In this document: piece by piece, positions 29,753-40,567 of the stretch | How the letters are laid out: each line of letters opens with the position of its first letter | Position numbering within the stretch: the first letter of the stretch is position 1 | Assembly: GCA_965662565.1 (NCBI GenBank) | Contig: CBFIHS010000004.1 | Coordinates: 2,511 to 66,510, forward strand | DNA: 64,000 nt | Direction of reading: 5' to 3' | Source: Pseudohongiellaceae bacterium | GTDB lineage: Bacteria; Pseudomonadota; Gammaproteobacteria; Pseudomonadales; Pseudohongiellaceae | Position numbers and translations under genes: made by a program | The notes under the pieces: model-generated | Told to the model about the DNA's origin: nothing | The model's input: only the letters and a program-made list of their open reading frames with translations | Databases searched by the model: none

Positions 29753-32700
29753 GTGAAGCAGTTTGATATTTTCTCGCCACCACTAGATGAAAAAAATCTA
29801 GTTCCAGGTAGTCGTCAGTCATGGGGTGGTTTAGTTGGTTCTAGTTCGGCCTTATGTATTGCCAATTGCGCTGAGCAATACGATGGTTTGCTTCTAGTAT
29901 TAACTGAGAACAATCAGCAAGCTCAAAGACTTAAGTCTGAACTTGAGTTTTTTTATCAATCAGAGCAATCTGAATCGCCTGTTTTCTTAGAAGAATTCCC
30001 AGACTGGGAAACTTTACCATATGACAACTTTTCTCCTCTTCAGGATATTGTTTCACAACGCTTAGAAATACTTTCTCAAATTAGCCTCCAGAAGAAAGGC
30101 ATACTGATTGCTTCTATCAGCAATATTCTACATCGCTTAATTCCAGCCTCTTATATTCAAAGCCGTTCACTCTCTTTTTCGCTTAATGAGCATTTAGATA
30201 TCCACAAGTTGCGCCTTAAATTAGAAAACTCAGGTTACAACTGTGTCGATGCTGTTTATGAGCATGGAGAATTCGCTCTTAGAGGCTCAATCTTAGATAT
30301 TTTCCCAATGGGCTCAAAGGAGCCTTTTCGGATTGAGCTTTTTGATGATGAAATTGAAAGTCTGCGTAGTTTTGATCCTGAGACGCAAATATCCAAAGAC
30401 AAAATACAGAACATTAAACTACTTCCAGGCAAAGAGTATCCTTTAGACCAGCAAGGCATTGAAACCTTCAGGCAAAATTTCCGCGAATCTTTTGATATTG
30501 ATTTAAGAAAATGTCCTCTTTATGAAGATATTTCACAAGGCATAGCTTCTCCAGGAATAGAATATTACATCCCATTATTCTTTCCAGAGCTTTCCACGTT
30601 TTTTGATTATCTACCTGAGCGAACCTTATTGCTTAGTTATGGTGAAATCTTTGAAGGAGCTGAACAGTTTTGGCGTGAGGTTAATAGCCGATATACAGAA
30701 AGGAGTGTTGATAAGCAACGCCCTCTTCTCGCCCCAGAGCAAATATTTATTCCAACTAACGAATGCTTTTCCGAACTTAAAAACTACCCTCAAATTCAAC
30801 TGAGGACAAAGCTTGGACTGAAACAACACATTGACGTAAGGACACAAAACTTCCCAGACATAGAAGTCAATCATAAACTGGAAAATCCTTTGGGACCTCT
30901 GCAAGAGTTTTTAAACCAGCATCCAGACAAACCAATCTTGTTTTGTACGGACTCTGCAGGTCGAAGAGAAACTTTACGAGACCTTTTAAAAACAATTCAA
31001 GTTTATCCGGAAGTGCTTTCTGGATGGAAAGACTTTACTGAGGCCAGACCAAAAATCGCAATAACGATTGCTCCAGTTGAAATGGGCTTATGGTTAAAAG
31101 ACCCAGAGCTGATTGTCATATCTGAAAGCCAGCTTTTCATTCACCATGTCAGTCAGCGTCGTCGTCGCGGCAAACATCAAGATAACACCGACTTCATTGT
31201 TAAAAGCTTAACTGAATTACGGGAAGGCTCGGCGGTCGTTCACATTGATCATGGCGTTGGTCGCTATAGAGGCTTACAAAGCTTTGATGTCGACGGACAA
31301 CAAACTGAATTCTTGATACTGGAGTACGCCGACCAGGCAAAGCTTTATGTTCCTGTTTCATCTTTACATTTAATAAATAGATACAGCGGCGCAGATGTTG
31401 ATTTTGCGCCCCTACATAAATTAGGAAGTGATCAATGGGTTAAAGCTCGTAGAAAGGCAGCCGAGAAAGTTGTCGATGTTGCTGCAGAATTACTCGATAT
31501 TTATGCACGAAGAGAAGCGAAGAAAGGTCAGACTTTCGACTTACCTAAAAAAGACTATCAATTATTTGCTAACAGCTTTCCTTTTGAGGAAACTGAAGAT
31601 CAAGAAGATGCAATCAAATCAGTAATCTCAGACATGACGACAGCAAAAGCCATGGACCGATTGATTTGCGGAGATGTTGGTTTTGGTAAAACTGAAGTTG
31701 CGCTACGTGCTGCTTTCATCGCTGTGCAGAACCATACACAGGTCACTATCTTAGTCCCTACCACTTTACTAGCCCAACAACATTTCGATAACTTTAAAGA
31801 TCGCTTCGCTGATTGGCCTATTAACGTAGCCCTCATGTCTCGTTTTGTAGACAAAAACAATCAAGACAAAAATTTGATCGATATCGCTAATGGAAAAATT
31901 GATATTGTGATTGGCACGCATAAGTTATTGCAGTCTTCAGTTAAATACAAAAACTTAGGTCTTTTGATTATCGATGAAGAACATCGCTTTGGTGTAAGAC
32001 AAAAAGAAACGCTTAAAAGTTTTAGGGCTGATGTAGACATCTTAACCTTAACCGCCACTCCAATACCTAGAACACTCAATATGGCTATGTCAGGGATGCG
32101 TGATCTCTCAATTATCGCAAGCCCTCCTCCAAGAAGACTCTCCATTAAAACTTTTATTAGAGAATCCAATCCTGCCTTAATTAAAGAGGCCATATTAAGA
32201 GAATTGCTCAGAGGTGGTCAGGTTTTCTTTCTTCATAATGAAGTTAAATCGATAGAAAAAGCGGCTGAAGAAATCCGTAAGCTTGTACCTGAAGCTAGAG
32301 TGGCCGTTGGTCACGGACAGTTACGAGAGGCCGAATTAGAACGTGTAATGTCTAAGTTCTATCACAAGCATTATAATGTTTTAGTTTGCTCTACCATTAT
32401 CGAGACTGGTATCGATATTCCTAACGCAAATACAATCATCATCGAGCGAGCTGACAAATTTGGTCTGGCCCAATTGCATCAACTGCGAGGTAGAGTTGGC
32501 AGATCCCACCATCAAGCTTATGCGTATATGTTAACCCCCCATCCTAAGAGCATGAGTAAAGATGCCCAAAAACGAATAGAAGCCATTGCTTCTGCGGATA
32601 CATTAGGTGCTGGTTTTACATTAGCGAGCCATGACCTTGAAATCAGAGGCGCTGGTGAACTTTTGGGAGATGAACAAAGCGGTCATATACAGACTATCGG

Positions 32701-33241
32701 GTTTTCTCTTTATAGCGAGATGCTGGAACAAACTATAAAAATGATGAAGGCCGGCAAAAAACTTAATTTAGACCGACCTTTGCAAGAGAGCACTGAAATA
32801 AATTTACACATTCGAGCACTAATTCCCGACGACTACCTGGTAGATGTTCATTTACGTTTAATGATGTATAAGCGTATCGCTAATGCAAAATCTAATGATG
32901 AATTACGAGAGCTTAAAGTAGAAATGATTGATCGTTTTGGTTTACTGCCATTACCGGTTAACTATTTATTCAGCGTAACCGAAATCAAGTTGCTTGCTGA
33001 AAAGCTAGGAATTTCCAAAATTGAAGCGAATGCAAAAGTCGGTAAAATACATTTTAAAAATGATACGATTGTTGATCCTTATTCCATCATTAAACTTGTA
33101 CAAGAAAGCACCCCTATTTTTAGTTTATCTGGAGCCAATGAGTTGAAATTCACCCATGATAGAATCGATGCTGATGAGCGTCTTGAGTTTGTGAATGAAA
33201 CACTTTTATTACTGTCGAAAGAATTAAATAAAGAACAATGA
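29753..33241 (+). CDS. mfd: Transcription-repair coupling factor
   Basis: 1162 aa, GTG start. Helicase motifs GDVGFGKTEVA and IIDEEHRFG, with a UvrB-homology N-terminal region. Confidence 0.95.
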   Translation: MKQFDIFSPPLDEKNLVPGSRQSWGGLVGSSSALCIANCAEQYDGLLLVLTENNQQAQRLKSELEFFYQSEQSESPVFLEEFPDWETLPYDNFSPLQDIVSQRLEILSQISLQKKGILIASISNILHRLIPASYIQSRSLSFSLNEHLDIHKLRLKLENSGYNCVDAVYEHGEFALRGSILDIFPMGSKEPFRIELFDDEIESLRSFDPETQISKDKIQNIKLLPGKEYPLDQQGIETFRQNFRESFDIDLRKCPLYEDISQGIASPGIEYYIPLFFPELSTFFDYLPERTLLLSYGEIFEGAEQFWREVNSRYTERSVDKQRPLLAPEQIFIPTNECFSELKNYPQIQLRTKLGLKQHIDVRTQNFPDIEVNHKLENPLGPLQEFLNQHPDKPILFCTDSAGRRETLRDLLKTIQVYPEVLSGWKDFTEARPKIAITIAPVEMGLWLKDPELIVISESQLFIHHVSQRRRRGKHQDNTDFIVKSLTELREGSAVVHIDHGVGRYRGLQSFDVDGQQTEFLILEYADQAKLYVPVSSLHLINRYSGADVDFAPLHKLGSDQWVKARRKAAEKVVDVAAELLDIYARREAKKGQTFDLPKKDYQLFANSFPFEETEDQEDAIKSVISDMTTAKAMDRLICGDVGFGKTEVALRAAFIAVQNHTQVTILVPTTLLAQQHFDNFKDRFADWPINVALMSRFVDKNNQDKNLIDIANGKIDIVIGTHKLLQSSVKYKNLGLLIIDEEHRFGVRQKETLKSFRADVDILTLTATPIPRTLNMAMSGMRDLSIIASPPPRRLSIKTFIRESNPALIKEAILRELLRGGQVFFLHNEVKSIEKAAEEIRKLVPEARVAVGHGQLREAELERVMSKFYHKHYNVLVCSTIIETGIDIPNANTIIIERADKFGLAQLHQLRGRVGRSHHQAYAYMLTPHPKSMSKDAQKRIEAIASADTLGAGFTLASHDLEIRGAGELLGDEQSGHIQTIGFSLYSEMLEQTIKMMKAGKKLNLDRPLQESTEINLHIRALIPDDYLVDVHLRLMMYKRIANAKSNDELRELKVEMIDRFGLLPLPVNYLFSVTEIKLLAEKLGISKIEANAKVGKIHFKNDTIVDPYSIIKLVQESTPIFSLSGANELKFTHDRIDADERLEFVNETLLLLSKELNKEQ

Positions 33242-34116
33242 AAACTCTGATCAGTTCGGTTCTTACTCTAAGTTGCCTCATAGCAAGCATGAATCTTTGT
33301 GCCCAGACCTTCAGCTATGACGGCAACCGTTGGTATGAAATAGAAGTCAGTATTTTCACTAATCAAAGTATTGACGCAACAAACCAAGAGTTATTTTTAC
33401 CTGAAAATATAGAGCTAAACTACCCATCCCCGATTACCCACTTAACGCCTTTATCTAATTTTTTCTCTACTTATTTCACTAAAGTCAAAGCCGAGCAAAC
33501 TCAAAAGGACTTATTTTTGGAAGCTCAAGCCACTGCTATCGAACCACTGCCAACGCTTGGGCCTGTTTACCTTGAACCAAACACTGATTTTCGTTTAATC
33601 GATAAAGACAGTGCAGCTTTTATAAGCCTTAGCGAAAGTGAGCACGAGTTCACTCAATTTAATCGAAACCTTGAGCTAAATAGGAATCATCGACTACTTT
33701 TCCATGCCGTCTGGCGCCAGCCTGTTCTGAATAAAGTTCAAGCAACAGCTATTGCGATTAAAGGTGGTGACGATTTTGGTTTGCACAGTGAACTCGAAGG
33801 TAGCATTTTAATTAGCTACAACATCAACCGTGTGGACATTGATACTCAACTTTGGAGGAATAGCTTTGCAATAAACAGTGAATTCGATTGGGAAATCCCA
33901 GCTTCACCTTTGAATGAAGTTCCCATGAACGAAAATGGTTTTATTGAATCCGAAAGCCTTGCTTCTAACCTTGTTATCGATCAAGTTTACCCGATGGAAG
34001 AAACTCGCCAAATGATCAGCAATCAGCTGCACTATCTTGATCACCCAGCCCTAGGCTTACTAATTGAAGTGCGACCATATGAGCTGCCCTCAATTTTTGA
34101 CTTTTCACTGGATTAA
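33238..34116 (+). CDS. CsiV-like (DUF2803-type) periplasmic protein, tentative
   Basis: 292 aa with a signal peptide. RWYEIEVSIF near the N-terminus resembles the CsiV family as I recall it. ATGA overlap with the mfd stop. Confidence 0.55.
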   Translation: MKTLISSVLTLSCLIASMNLCAQTFSYDGNRWYEIEVSIFTNQSIDATNQELFLPENIELNYPSPITHLTPLSNFFSTYFTKVKAEQTQKDLFLEAQATAIEPLPTLGPVYLEPNTDFRLIDKDSAAFISLSESEHEFTQFNRNLELNRNHRLLFHAVWRQPVLNKVQATAIAIKGGDDFGLHSELEGSILISYNINRVDIDTQLWRNSFAINSEFDWEIPASPLNEVPMNENGFIESESLASNLVIDQVYPMEETRQMISNQLHYLDHPALGLLIEVRPYELPSIFDFSLD

Positions 34117-34136
34117 ACTTACTAAAATGCCTGCAT

Positions 34137-34919
34137 TCAGATATGGGATAAAGCTTCGTTTATTAAGCTCCGGATACTATCTAGACCGCTTTCTAGAACC
34201 TGTTTGATGCTGTCCAGGCTAATTTCTTTTTCACTTAAACCAGCTGCAGGATTTACCACTAAAGCGATACAGGCATAGGCTATGCCCAATTCTCTAGCCA
34301 AAGAGGCTTCAGGCATTCCAGTCATCCCAACCAAGTCACAACCATCGTTTTTTAATCTCCTGACCTCAGCAGCTGTTTCTAATCTAGGACCTTGAGTACA
34401 GCCAAAACAAGCAGACTCAAGCACACTCGACTGATGTTTTGTGAGCTCTTTAAGCAATATGTTTCGTAAATTCGAATCGTAAGGCTCTGTAAAATCTATA
34501 TGGTCATGCAGGGAATTTAAGCCATCAAAATAGCTATGTTCACGACCCCAAGTGTAATCAATTAATTGATCTGGAATCACAATTTGCCCAGATAAAAGTG
34601 AGAGGTTTATAGCCCCGACTGCATTAACCGCGAGGATGGTTTCAACGCCCACTTGTTTAAGCGCCCAAATATTTGCTCGATAATTTATTTTATGGGGTGG
34701 AATATTATGATCTAGACCATGTCGTGGAATAAACGCCACAGCAATATTATTTAGGTTTTGGAAAACTACTTGAACTGGGTCTTCTGAGTAAGGCGTTTGA
34801 ATATCTAGAACAGAACTATCTATAATCTTTTCTGGGTTCAGTTGATAGAAGCCACTACCACCAATAACCGCTATTTTTGCTGTCGTTTCTGCTAGAGCTA
34901 CTTTCGTGCTGGTACTCAC
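34137..34919 (-). CDS. MTAP-family purine nucleoside phosphorylase (methylthioadenosine/methylthioinosine phosphorylase)
   Basis: 260 aa. VIGGSGFY ... IPRHG..H.IPPHKINYRANIWALK ... GMTGMPE are typical MTAP motifs. Confidence 0.85.
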   Translation of the reverse strand: MSTSTKVALAETTAKIAVIGGSGFYQLNPEKIIDSSVLDIQTPYSEDPVQVVFQNLNNIAVAFIPRHGLDHNIPPHKINYRANIWALKQVGVETILAVNAVGAINLSLLSGQIVIPDQLIDYTWGREHSYFDGLNSLHDHIDFTEPYDSNLRNILLKELTKHQSSVLESACFGCTQGPRLETAAEVRRLKNDGCDLVGMTGMPEASLARELGIAYACIALVVNPAAGLSEKEISLDSIKQVLESGLDSIRSLINEALSHI

Positions 34920-34925
34920 AATCGT

Positions 34926-35507
34926 TTAACGATAGTAAGCATTTTCCTGAACGCTGTGGTCCGTAACATCTTTCACCGCACTAAGCTCAGGTAATTGATC
35001 CATTAGGCTCTTCTCGACCCCTTCCTTTAGCGTGACATCAACCATGCCACAGCCCTGACAACCACCTCCAAACTTCAGTACGGCAGTGTTATCTTCAGTT
35101 AATTCTTCTAGTGTGACGTAGCCGCCATGAGCTTGTAACCCTGGATTAATCTCGTTATAAAGTATGTAGTTAATCTTATCTGAGAGAGAACTATCCTCAG
35201 ATATCTTTGGCATACGGGAATTTGGAGCTTTTATTGTTAATTGTCCACCCATACTGTCTTTAGCAAAATCAACAACAGCGCCTTCAAGGTAAACCTTACT
35301 TTTTGCTTCTACAAGAGCTTTGAAACCTTCATATTCAAATGCTTCATCACCTTCTTGCTCTTCTCCAGGGCGACAAAATGCAATACAAGTTTCTGCTTTT
35401 GGTGTGCCTCCATCGAGAACAAATACACGGATAGCTATACCTTCACAATCTTGTTTCTTCAAAAGGTCTGCAAGATATTTTTGTCCTGAGTCTGTTATGT
35501 CTATCAT
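34926..35507 (-). CDS. nfuA: Fe-S cluster biogenesis protein NfuA
   Basis: 193 aa. Degenerate A-type N-domain plus Nfu domain with GGGCQGCGM. Confidence 0.9.
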   Translation of the reverse strand: MIDITDSGQKYLADLLKKQDCEGIAIRVFVLDGGTPKAETCIAFCRPGEEQEGDEAFEYEGFKALVEAKSKVYLEGAVVDFAKDSMGGQLTIKAPNSRMPKISEDSSLSDKINYILYNEINPGLQAHGGYVTLEELTEDNTAVLKFGGGCQGCGMVDVTLKEGVEKSLMDQLPELSAVKDVTDHSVQENAYYR

Positions 35508-35634
35508 TAAAGTTCTGCCGTTTGTGGAGTAATTTTAGTACTATCTACAATAATTAATGCTTTGAGTTAATTATACCGCCAGTGATAAGAAACAAATACT
35601 ATCACACTAACACTTTAGATAAGGTCAAAATAAC

Positions 35635-35877
35635 GTGAATCAAGCCCCTCAAAAAAAACATACTCTTGATACTGAACAAGATACTAAAACTGAGAACATC
35701 CCATTCTGGAAAGTTATGCTAAGTGTTATTCAAGCGAGTATTGGGGTTCAAAACTCTAAAAACAAAGAACGCGATTTTACTCAAGGAAAGCTCGTTCCCT
35801 TTATCGCTGCCGCATTAATTTTTACAGTGTGTTTTGTGCTACTAATAATGCTTGCTGTGAAAATAGCCCTGAGCTGA
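35635..35877 (+). CDS. DUF2970-type small membrane protein
   Basis: 80 aa, GTG start. SVIQASIGVQNSKNKERDF followed by one TM matches my recollection of DUF2970. Confidence 0.55.
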   Translation: MNQAPQKKHTLDTEQDTKTENIPFWKVMLSVIQASIGVQNSKNKERDFTQGKLVPFIAAALIFTVCFVLLIMLAVKIALS

Positions 35878-36171
35878 AACTGAGCTAGTGTGAGCGACTA
35901 GCTATAGGAAATTAGCCATTAGCAAGAAAAACCATGGCACCTACAGCTATCAACACTAAACAAAAAATTGCTAGTGTATCGGCTTTACTATCAGCTTCAT
36001 TAAATTCAGTATTTTCGGGCTTATTGTTTATTTCACTCATGATAGGATTGTCTTACTCAATTAAAAGACGCAATTATCCTTGTCTGACAAGAAAACTCAA
36101 GTCTACAATGGCGCAAACCACAATGATTGTGTATTATTTCGCCTCAAATTTTTAGCTAACCAGATCCTACT

Positions 36172-37830
36172 ATGTATATCTATGATCAATATGATCATCT
36201 AATGCTGGAAGAGCGTATTTCCCAGTTTAGAGATCAGACCCAGCGCTATCTAAACGGCGACTTAACAGATGAACAATTTCTGCCTTTGCGATTGCAAAAT
36301 GGCCTATATATTCAAAGATTAGCTCCGATGCTTCGTGTAGCTGTTCCTTATGGGCTGATGTCGTCCACACAAATGAAGAAGATGGCCTCCATCTCAAGAG
36401 ACTATGATAAGGGTTACGCGCACTTATCTACTCGACAAAACATTCAGTTTAACTGGCCAAAATTAGAGCAACTGCCTGATTTGTTGGCTGAACTTGCTGA
36501 AGTCAGTATGCACGCTATTCAAACAAGCGGTAACTGCATTCGTAACACCACCACTGATCAATTTGCTGGTGCTGCAGCCAATGAAATTGAAGACAGTCGT
36601 CCATGGTGCGAAATTATCAGACAGTGGTCTACTTTCCATCCGGAGTTTGCTCACCTACCCCGTAAGTTCAAGATAGCTGTCTGTGGTACTGAAGTGGATC
36701 AAGCGGCCACTCAAGTCCATGATATCGGCTTGTATCTATTAAAAAATGAAAATAGCGAAGTCGGCTTTAAAGTCCTAGTTGGTGGCGGGCTTGGTAGAAC
36801 GCCAATAATCGGTAAAGTAATTTGTGAATACCTGCCTTGGCAGCATTTATTGACCTATCTTGATGCGATTATGCGTGTTTACAATATGGAAGGCCGTCGT
36901 GATAACAAATACAAAGCACGAATAAAAATTCTGGTTAAAGAGCTAGGCATTGATACTTTTAGAGAAAAAGTTGAAGCGCAATGGCAATTCAGTAAAGACT
37001 CACAAGCAACATTAAACGAAGAAGAAGTAGCCCGTAGCAAAAGCTTCTTTTCTACCTTCGTTTATGATGATCTCCCTAATGTTGACGAGTCAATTACTTT
37101 AGCTAGACAATCTGACCTCCTCTTTAATAACTGGGTTGAACGTAACGTTTCTCAGCATCGTGAGAGCGGTTATCGAATCGTTACTTTATGCTTAAAACAA
37201 ACCGGAATAGCCCCTGGTGATATAACGGATAGACAAATGGAATTTGTAGCCGACTTGGCAGAACGTTATAGCTTTTCAGAAATGCGAATTACTCACGAGC
37301 AAAATTTAACTCTTGCCGATGTACGTTTAAAAGATCTTTATAAAATATATAAAGCCTGTAAATCTGAAAGCTTAAGCACTTCTTATCTTGGTTTGTTGAA
37401 CGACATCGTTTGCTGCCCGGGTGGAGACTTCTGCTCTTTGGCAAATGCTAAATCCATTCCAATCGCTGAAGCAATACAGCGTCGCTTCGATGATTTCGAC
37501 AGACTAAATAAGATTGGCGATATTACCTTGAATATTTCAGGCTGCATGAATGCATGTGGACATCACCATGTTGGAAATATAGGGATTATTGGCGTAGATA
37601 AAAAAGGTGCCGAATTTTATCAGGTCGCCTTAGGTGGTGATGCTGGCAGAGAAGCCAAGCTTGCTAAAATACTTGGACCCGCTTTTTCTCAGGATGAAAT
37701 TCCCGATGTGATCGAAAAAATTATTCAGATTTATGAAGATCAACGCCAAGATAATGAAAAGTTTATTGATACCTATCAGCGTGTAGGGATGGACCCTTTT
37801 AAGGAGAAAGTTTATGCCAAAGCTGATTAA
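36172..37830 (+). CDS. cysI: Sulfite/nitrite reductase hemoprotein (4Fe-4S + siroheme), Pseudomonas-type CysI
   Basis: 552 aa. Cluster/siroheme cysteines in CCPGGDFC ... GCMNACGHHH. Followed by the DUF934 partner gene. Confidence 0.85.
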   Translation: MYIYDQYDHLMLEERISQFRDQTQRYLNGDLTDEQFLPLRLQNGLYIQRLAPMLRVAVPYGLMSSTQMKKMASISRDYDKGYAHLSTRQNIQFNWPKLEQLPDLLAELAEVSMHAIQTSGNCIRNTTTDQFAGAAANEIEDSRPWCEIIRQWSTFHPEFAHLPRKFKIAVCGTEVDQAATQVHDIGLYLLKNENSEVGFKVLVGGGLGRTPIIGKVICEYLPWQHLLTYLDAIMRVYNMEGRRDNKYKARIKILVKELGIDTFREKVEAQWQFSKDSQATLNEEEVARSKSFFSTFVYDDLPNVDESITLARQSDLLFNNWVERNVSQHRESGYRIVTLCLKQTGIAPGDITDRQMEFVADLAERYSFSEMRITHEQNLTLADVRLKDLYKIYKACKSESLSTSYLGLLNDIVCCPGGDFCSLANAKSIPIAEAIQRRFDDFDRLNKIGDITLNISGCMNACGHHHVGNIGIIGVDKKGAEFYQVALGGDAGREAKLAKILGPAFSQDEIPDVIEKIIQIYEDQRQDNEKFIDTYQRVGMDPFKEKVYAKAD

Positions 37831-38320
37831 AGGTGATCAATTAATTGATAATGAATGGGAGCTTGTTTCAGCAGACGCGAACATTGATGACGTTTTGAGT
37901 TCAAATGCAAATCGTCTTTTAGTGCCCGTTTTATTATTTCTAGATCATACAGAGCGGCTAGCTGATCTTGATTCTGAAGTTGGCGTTTGGATTGATAGTG
38001 AGCAAAACCTTTCCATTCTTCCAGAATGGATCAATTCTTTCCCCGTCATTGCGTTAAACTTTCCTAGCTTCAAAGACGGCCGCGCCTATTCTTATGCTGC
38101 TATTATTCGCCAGCAGCTCGGCTATAACGGAGAGCTAATGGCGATTGGTGATGTACACCGAGATCAATTAAGTTACATGCTAAGCTGTGGATTCAGTAGT
38201 TTTTTAGTTTCAGATGATTCCAATCATGAAGTTATGTTAAATGGCCTTCATGATTTTTCTGAAAACTACCAAAGCACTGTACTTAATCCAATACCTTTGT
38301 TCCGAAGGCGTTCAAGCTAA
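37814..38320 (+). CDS. DUF934 protein (conserved CysI-associated partner)
   Basis: 168 aa. 17-nt overlap with the cysI end. FPSFKDGRAYSYA...LR motif region. Confidence 0.75.
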   Translation: MPKLIKGDQLIDNEWELVSADANIDDVLSSNANRLLVPVLLFLDHTERLADLDSEVGVWIDSEQNLSILPEWINSFPVIALNFPSFKDGRAYSYAAIIRQQLGYNGELMAIGDVHRDQLSYMLSCGFSSFLVSDDSNHEVMLNGLHDFSENYQSTVLNPIPLFRRRSS

Positions 38321-38330
38321 CTTAAACACC

Positions 38331-39377
38331 TTAAGTAATATTGTCTCTCGGTGACTTATGCAGCCAACTCAGCATAGTGTTATCGAGGGCTTTTTCCAGA
38401 CTTATTCCGAACTTATCTACTAAGTTCTTTTTCTTTTCATAGTTGACCGAGTAAACCTCTCCTTGTTGGCAACACTCTGAAATAAATTCATCACTTGTTT
38501 TTATTTCGTCAACAAGATTAAATTCAAGCGCTTTTTTTCCAAACCAAGTTTCACCAGTTGCTACAGCATTTATATCGAGTATTGGCCTATGTTCTTTGAC
38601 AAAATCTTTGAACAAGTCATGAGTTTGTTGAATTTCTTGCGTGACTTTCTCGCGCCCTTTATCGGTATTTTCTCCGAACATAGTCAAAGTCCGTTTATAT
38701 TCTCCAGCTGTAATCATTTCAAAATCGACATTATTTTCTTTCAATAAACGACTGAAATTAGGCATTTGGAGTAGCACACCTATCGAACCAATATAGGCGA
38801 AAGGTGCAGCAATAATTTTTGAACCTAAGCAGGCCATCATATAACCGCCACTAGCTGCCACTTTGTCTACGCTAATCGTTAATACGAGTTTAGCTTTTCT
38901 TATTCTATCCAGTTGAGAGGCCGCAAGACCGTAAGCATGAACCATGCCTCCTGGGCTTTCCAGCCTAAGAACAACTTCATCTAACTCGGGTCTGGCTATA
39001 CTTAAAATTGCGGTGATCGATTCACGCATATTCTCTACTTGAGAAGCTTTAGTATCACCATCAAAATCTAAAACGTAAAATCGTTTTTTATTTTCATCTT
39101 CTTTTGACGCTTTTTTATTTTCTTTAGCTTGCTTTTTTTCTGCTTTTTTCTGGGCCTTTATTTCTTTTTTAAGCTGCTCTTCATTCTCAACGACGTTTTT
39201 GATTTCGTCAGTAAGGTCATTAATTTTTTTATTCAAGTGAGTAACAACAATAGAACCAGGTTGATCCTTTTTAGTTTTTGCAGAACTCGCTACAACAGCA
39301 ACAATAACTATGATTATTGCAACAACAAAGGTAATGGTTTTTGCTAAAAACAAACCGTACTCAGAAAGAAATTCCAC
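38331..39377 (-). CDS. sohB: Peptidase S49 family protease SohB
   Basis: 348 aa. N-terminal TM, Lys/Glu-rich linker, S49 domain (VAASGGYMMA). Confidence 0.85.
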   Translation of the reverse strand: MEFLSEYGLFLAKTITFVVAIIIVIVAVVASSAKTKKDQPGSIVVTHLNKKINDLTDEIKNVVENEEQLKKEIKAQKKAEKKQAKENKKASKEDENKKRFYVLDFDGDTKASQVENMRESITAILSIARPELDEVVLRLESPGGMVHAYGLAASQLDRIRKAKLVLTISVDKVAASGGYMMACLGSKIIAAPFAYIGSIGVLLQMPNFSRLLKENNVDFEMITAGEYKRTLTMFGENTDKGREKVTQEIQQTHDLFKDFVKEHRPILDINAVATGETWFGKKALEFNLVDEIKTSDEFISECCQQGEVYSVNYEKKKNLVDKFGISLEKALDNTMLSWLHKSPRDNIT

Positions 39378-39417
39378 AATTCACCTCAAGTTAAAATCTA
39401 AAGTTTGAAAATTCAGT

Positions 39418-40128
39418 TTAGTCGTCATCCAATGGCCATAATAATGAGCCAGAGCTTTCTTTTATGTTATTAAGTCTAGATAAATGAGCTTGCTCTTCTT
39501 CATCAGTGGCCTGAATAACTCGTAATGCAGGACGATCTTTTGATAATCGCTTGATAGGTTTATTGGCAGAACCTTCAGAGCTATATTCTTGGCCAAGTGC
39601 AAAACTTGATTGCCCTCCCGTCATACTCAAAAAGACATCTGCAAGAATTTCAGCATCCAGTAGTGCCCCATGTAACTCACGCTGTGTGTTATCAACAAAG
39701 TAACGTTTACATAAAGCGTCTAAGTTATTTTTTTGACCGGGATGCTTTTTCCTAGCCATGGCTAAAGTGTCTAGAATTGCACAATACTCAGCCATTTTCT
39801 TGTAGCCACGATTCAAATCCTGCAACTCAGTATCCAAAAACCCAATATCAAAAGGAGCGTTATGAATGATCAATTCAGCACCTTTAACAAAATCAAGAAA
39901 TGTATCAGCAATTGCAGTGAATAAAGGCTTATCCGCAAGAAACTCGTTAGTGATGCCGTGAACTTCAAGGGCCCCTGCATCTATGTGTCTCATTGGATTA
40001 ATATAAATATGTAGATTGTTTCCAGTTAAACGGCGATTAATAAGCTCAACACAACCAATTTCAATAATACGATGCCCCTGGCTAGGCTCTAAACCAGTAG
40101 TTTCAGTATCTAGTACTATCTGTCTCAT
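39418..40128 (-). CDS. dnaQ: DNA polymerase III epsilon (proofreading exonuclease)
   Basis: Exo I VLDTETTG, Exo [12 protein letters not shown], Exo [16 protein letters not shown]. Confidence 0.92.
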   Translation of the reverse strand: MRQIVLDTETTGLEPSQGHRIIEIGCVELINRRLTGNNLHIYINPMRHIDAGALEVHGITNEFLADKPLFTAIADTFLDFVKGAELIIHNAPFDIGFLDTELQDLNRGYKKMAEYCAILDTLAMARKKHPGQKNNLDALCKRYFVDNTQRELHGALLDAEILADVFLSMTGGQSSFALGQEYSSEGSANKPIKRLSKDRPALRVIQATDEEEQAHLSRLNNIKESSGSLLWPLDDD

Positions 40129-40562
40129 AGTTCATCGATTCCTTTGTTGGCCATTTCGTCTGCCAACTCATTACCAGCGTCTCCACTGTGCCCTTTTACC
40201 CAATGCCAGTTTATTTCATGCTCAGAAACTAAGGAATCTAATTGCTGCCATAAATCAACATTCAGTACCGGCTTTTTAGCCGCTGTTCGCCAACCTCGCT
40301 TCTTCCAATTAACTATCCACTCAGTGATTCCCTGCAAAACATATTTGGAATCAGTATATAACTCAATTACACAAGGGTACTTTAAAGCCTCAAGTGCTTT
40401 AATCACGGCAGTAAGCTCCATACGATTATTGGTACTTTCTCTTTCACCACCATGCAAGGTTCTCTGTTGATCGTCATACTCAAGTACTGCCCCCCAACCT
40501 CCAGGACCCGGATTTCCTCGGCACGCACCATCAGTATAAATTGTAACTGTCTTCCTGCTCAT
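40125..40562 (-). CDS. rnhA: Ribonuclease HI
   Basis: 145 aa. [17 protein letters not shown] ... TNNRMEL ... TDS.Y ... HSG...NE.AD. 4-nt overlap with dnaQ. Confidence 0.93.
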   Translation of the reverse strand: MSRKTVTIYTDGACRGNPGPGGWGAVLEYDDQQRTLHGGERESTNNRMELTAVIKALEALKYPCVIELYTDSKYVLQGITEWIVNWKKRGWRTAAKKPVLNVDLWQQLDSLVSEHEINWHWVKGHSGDAGNELADEMANKGIDEL

Positions 40563-40567
40563 TAGCT

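Noticed and set aside
35912-36155. 73-aa plus-strand ORF, plus a 42-codon minus-strand ORF (35912-36040, MSEINNKPENTEFNEADSKADTLAIFCLVLIAVGAMVFLANG) in the spacer before cysI.
   Set aside because: The two are mutually overlapping. Neither has a convincing Shine-Dalgarno or a known family. The minus-strand one has a plausible single TM but cannot be supported from sequence alone.
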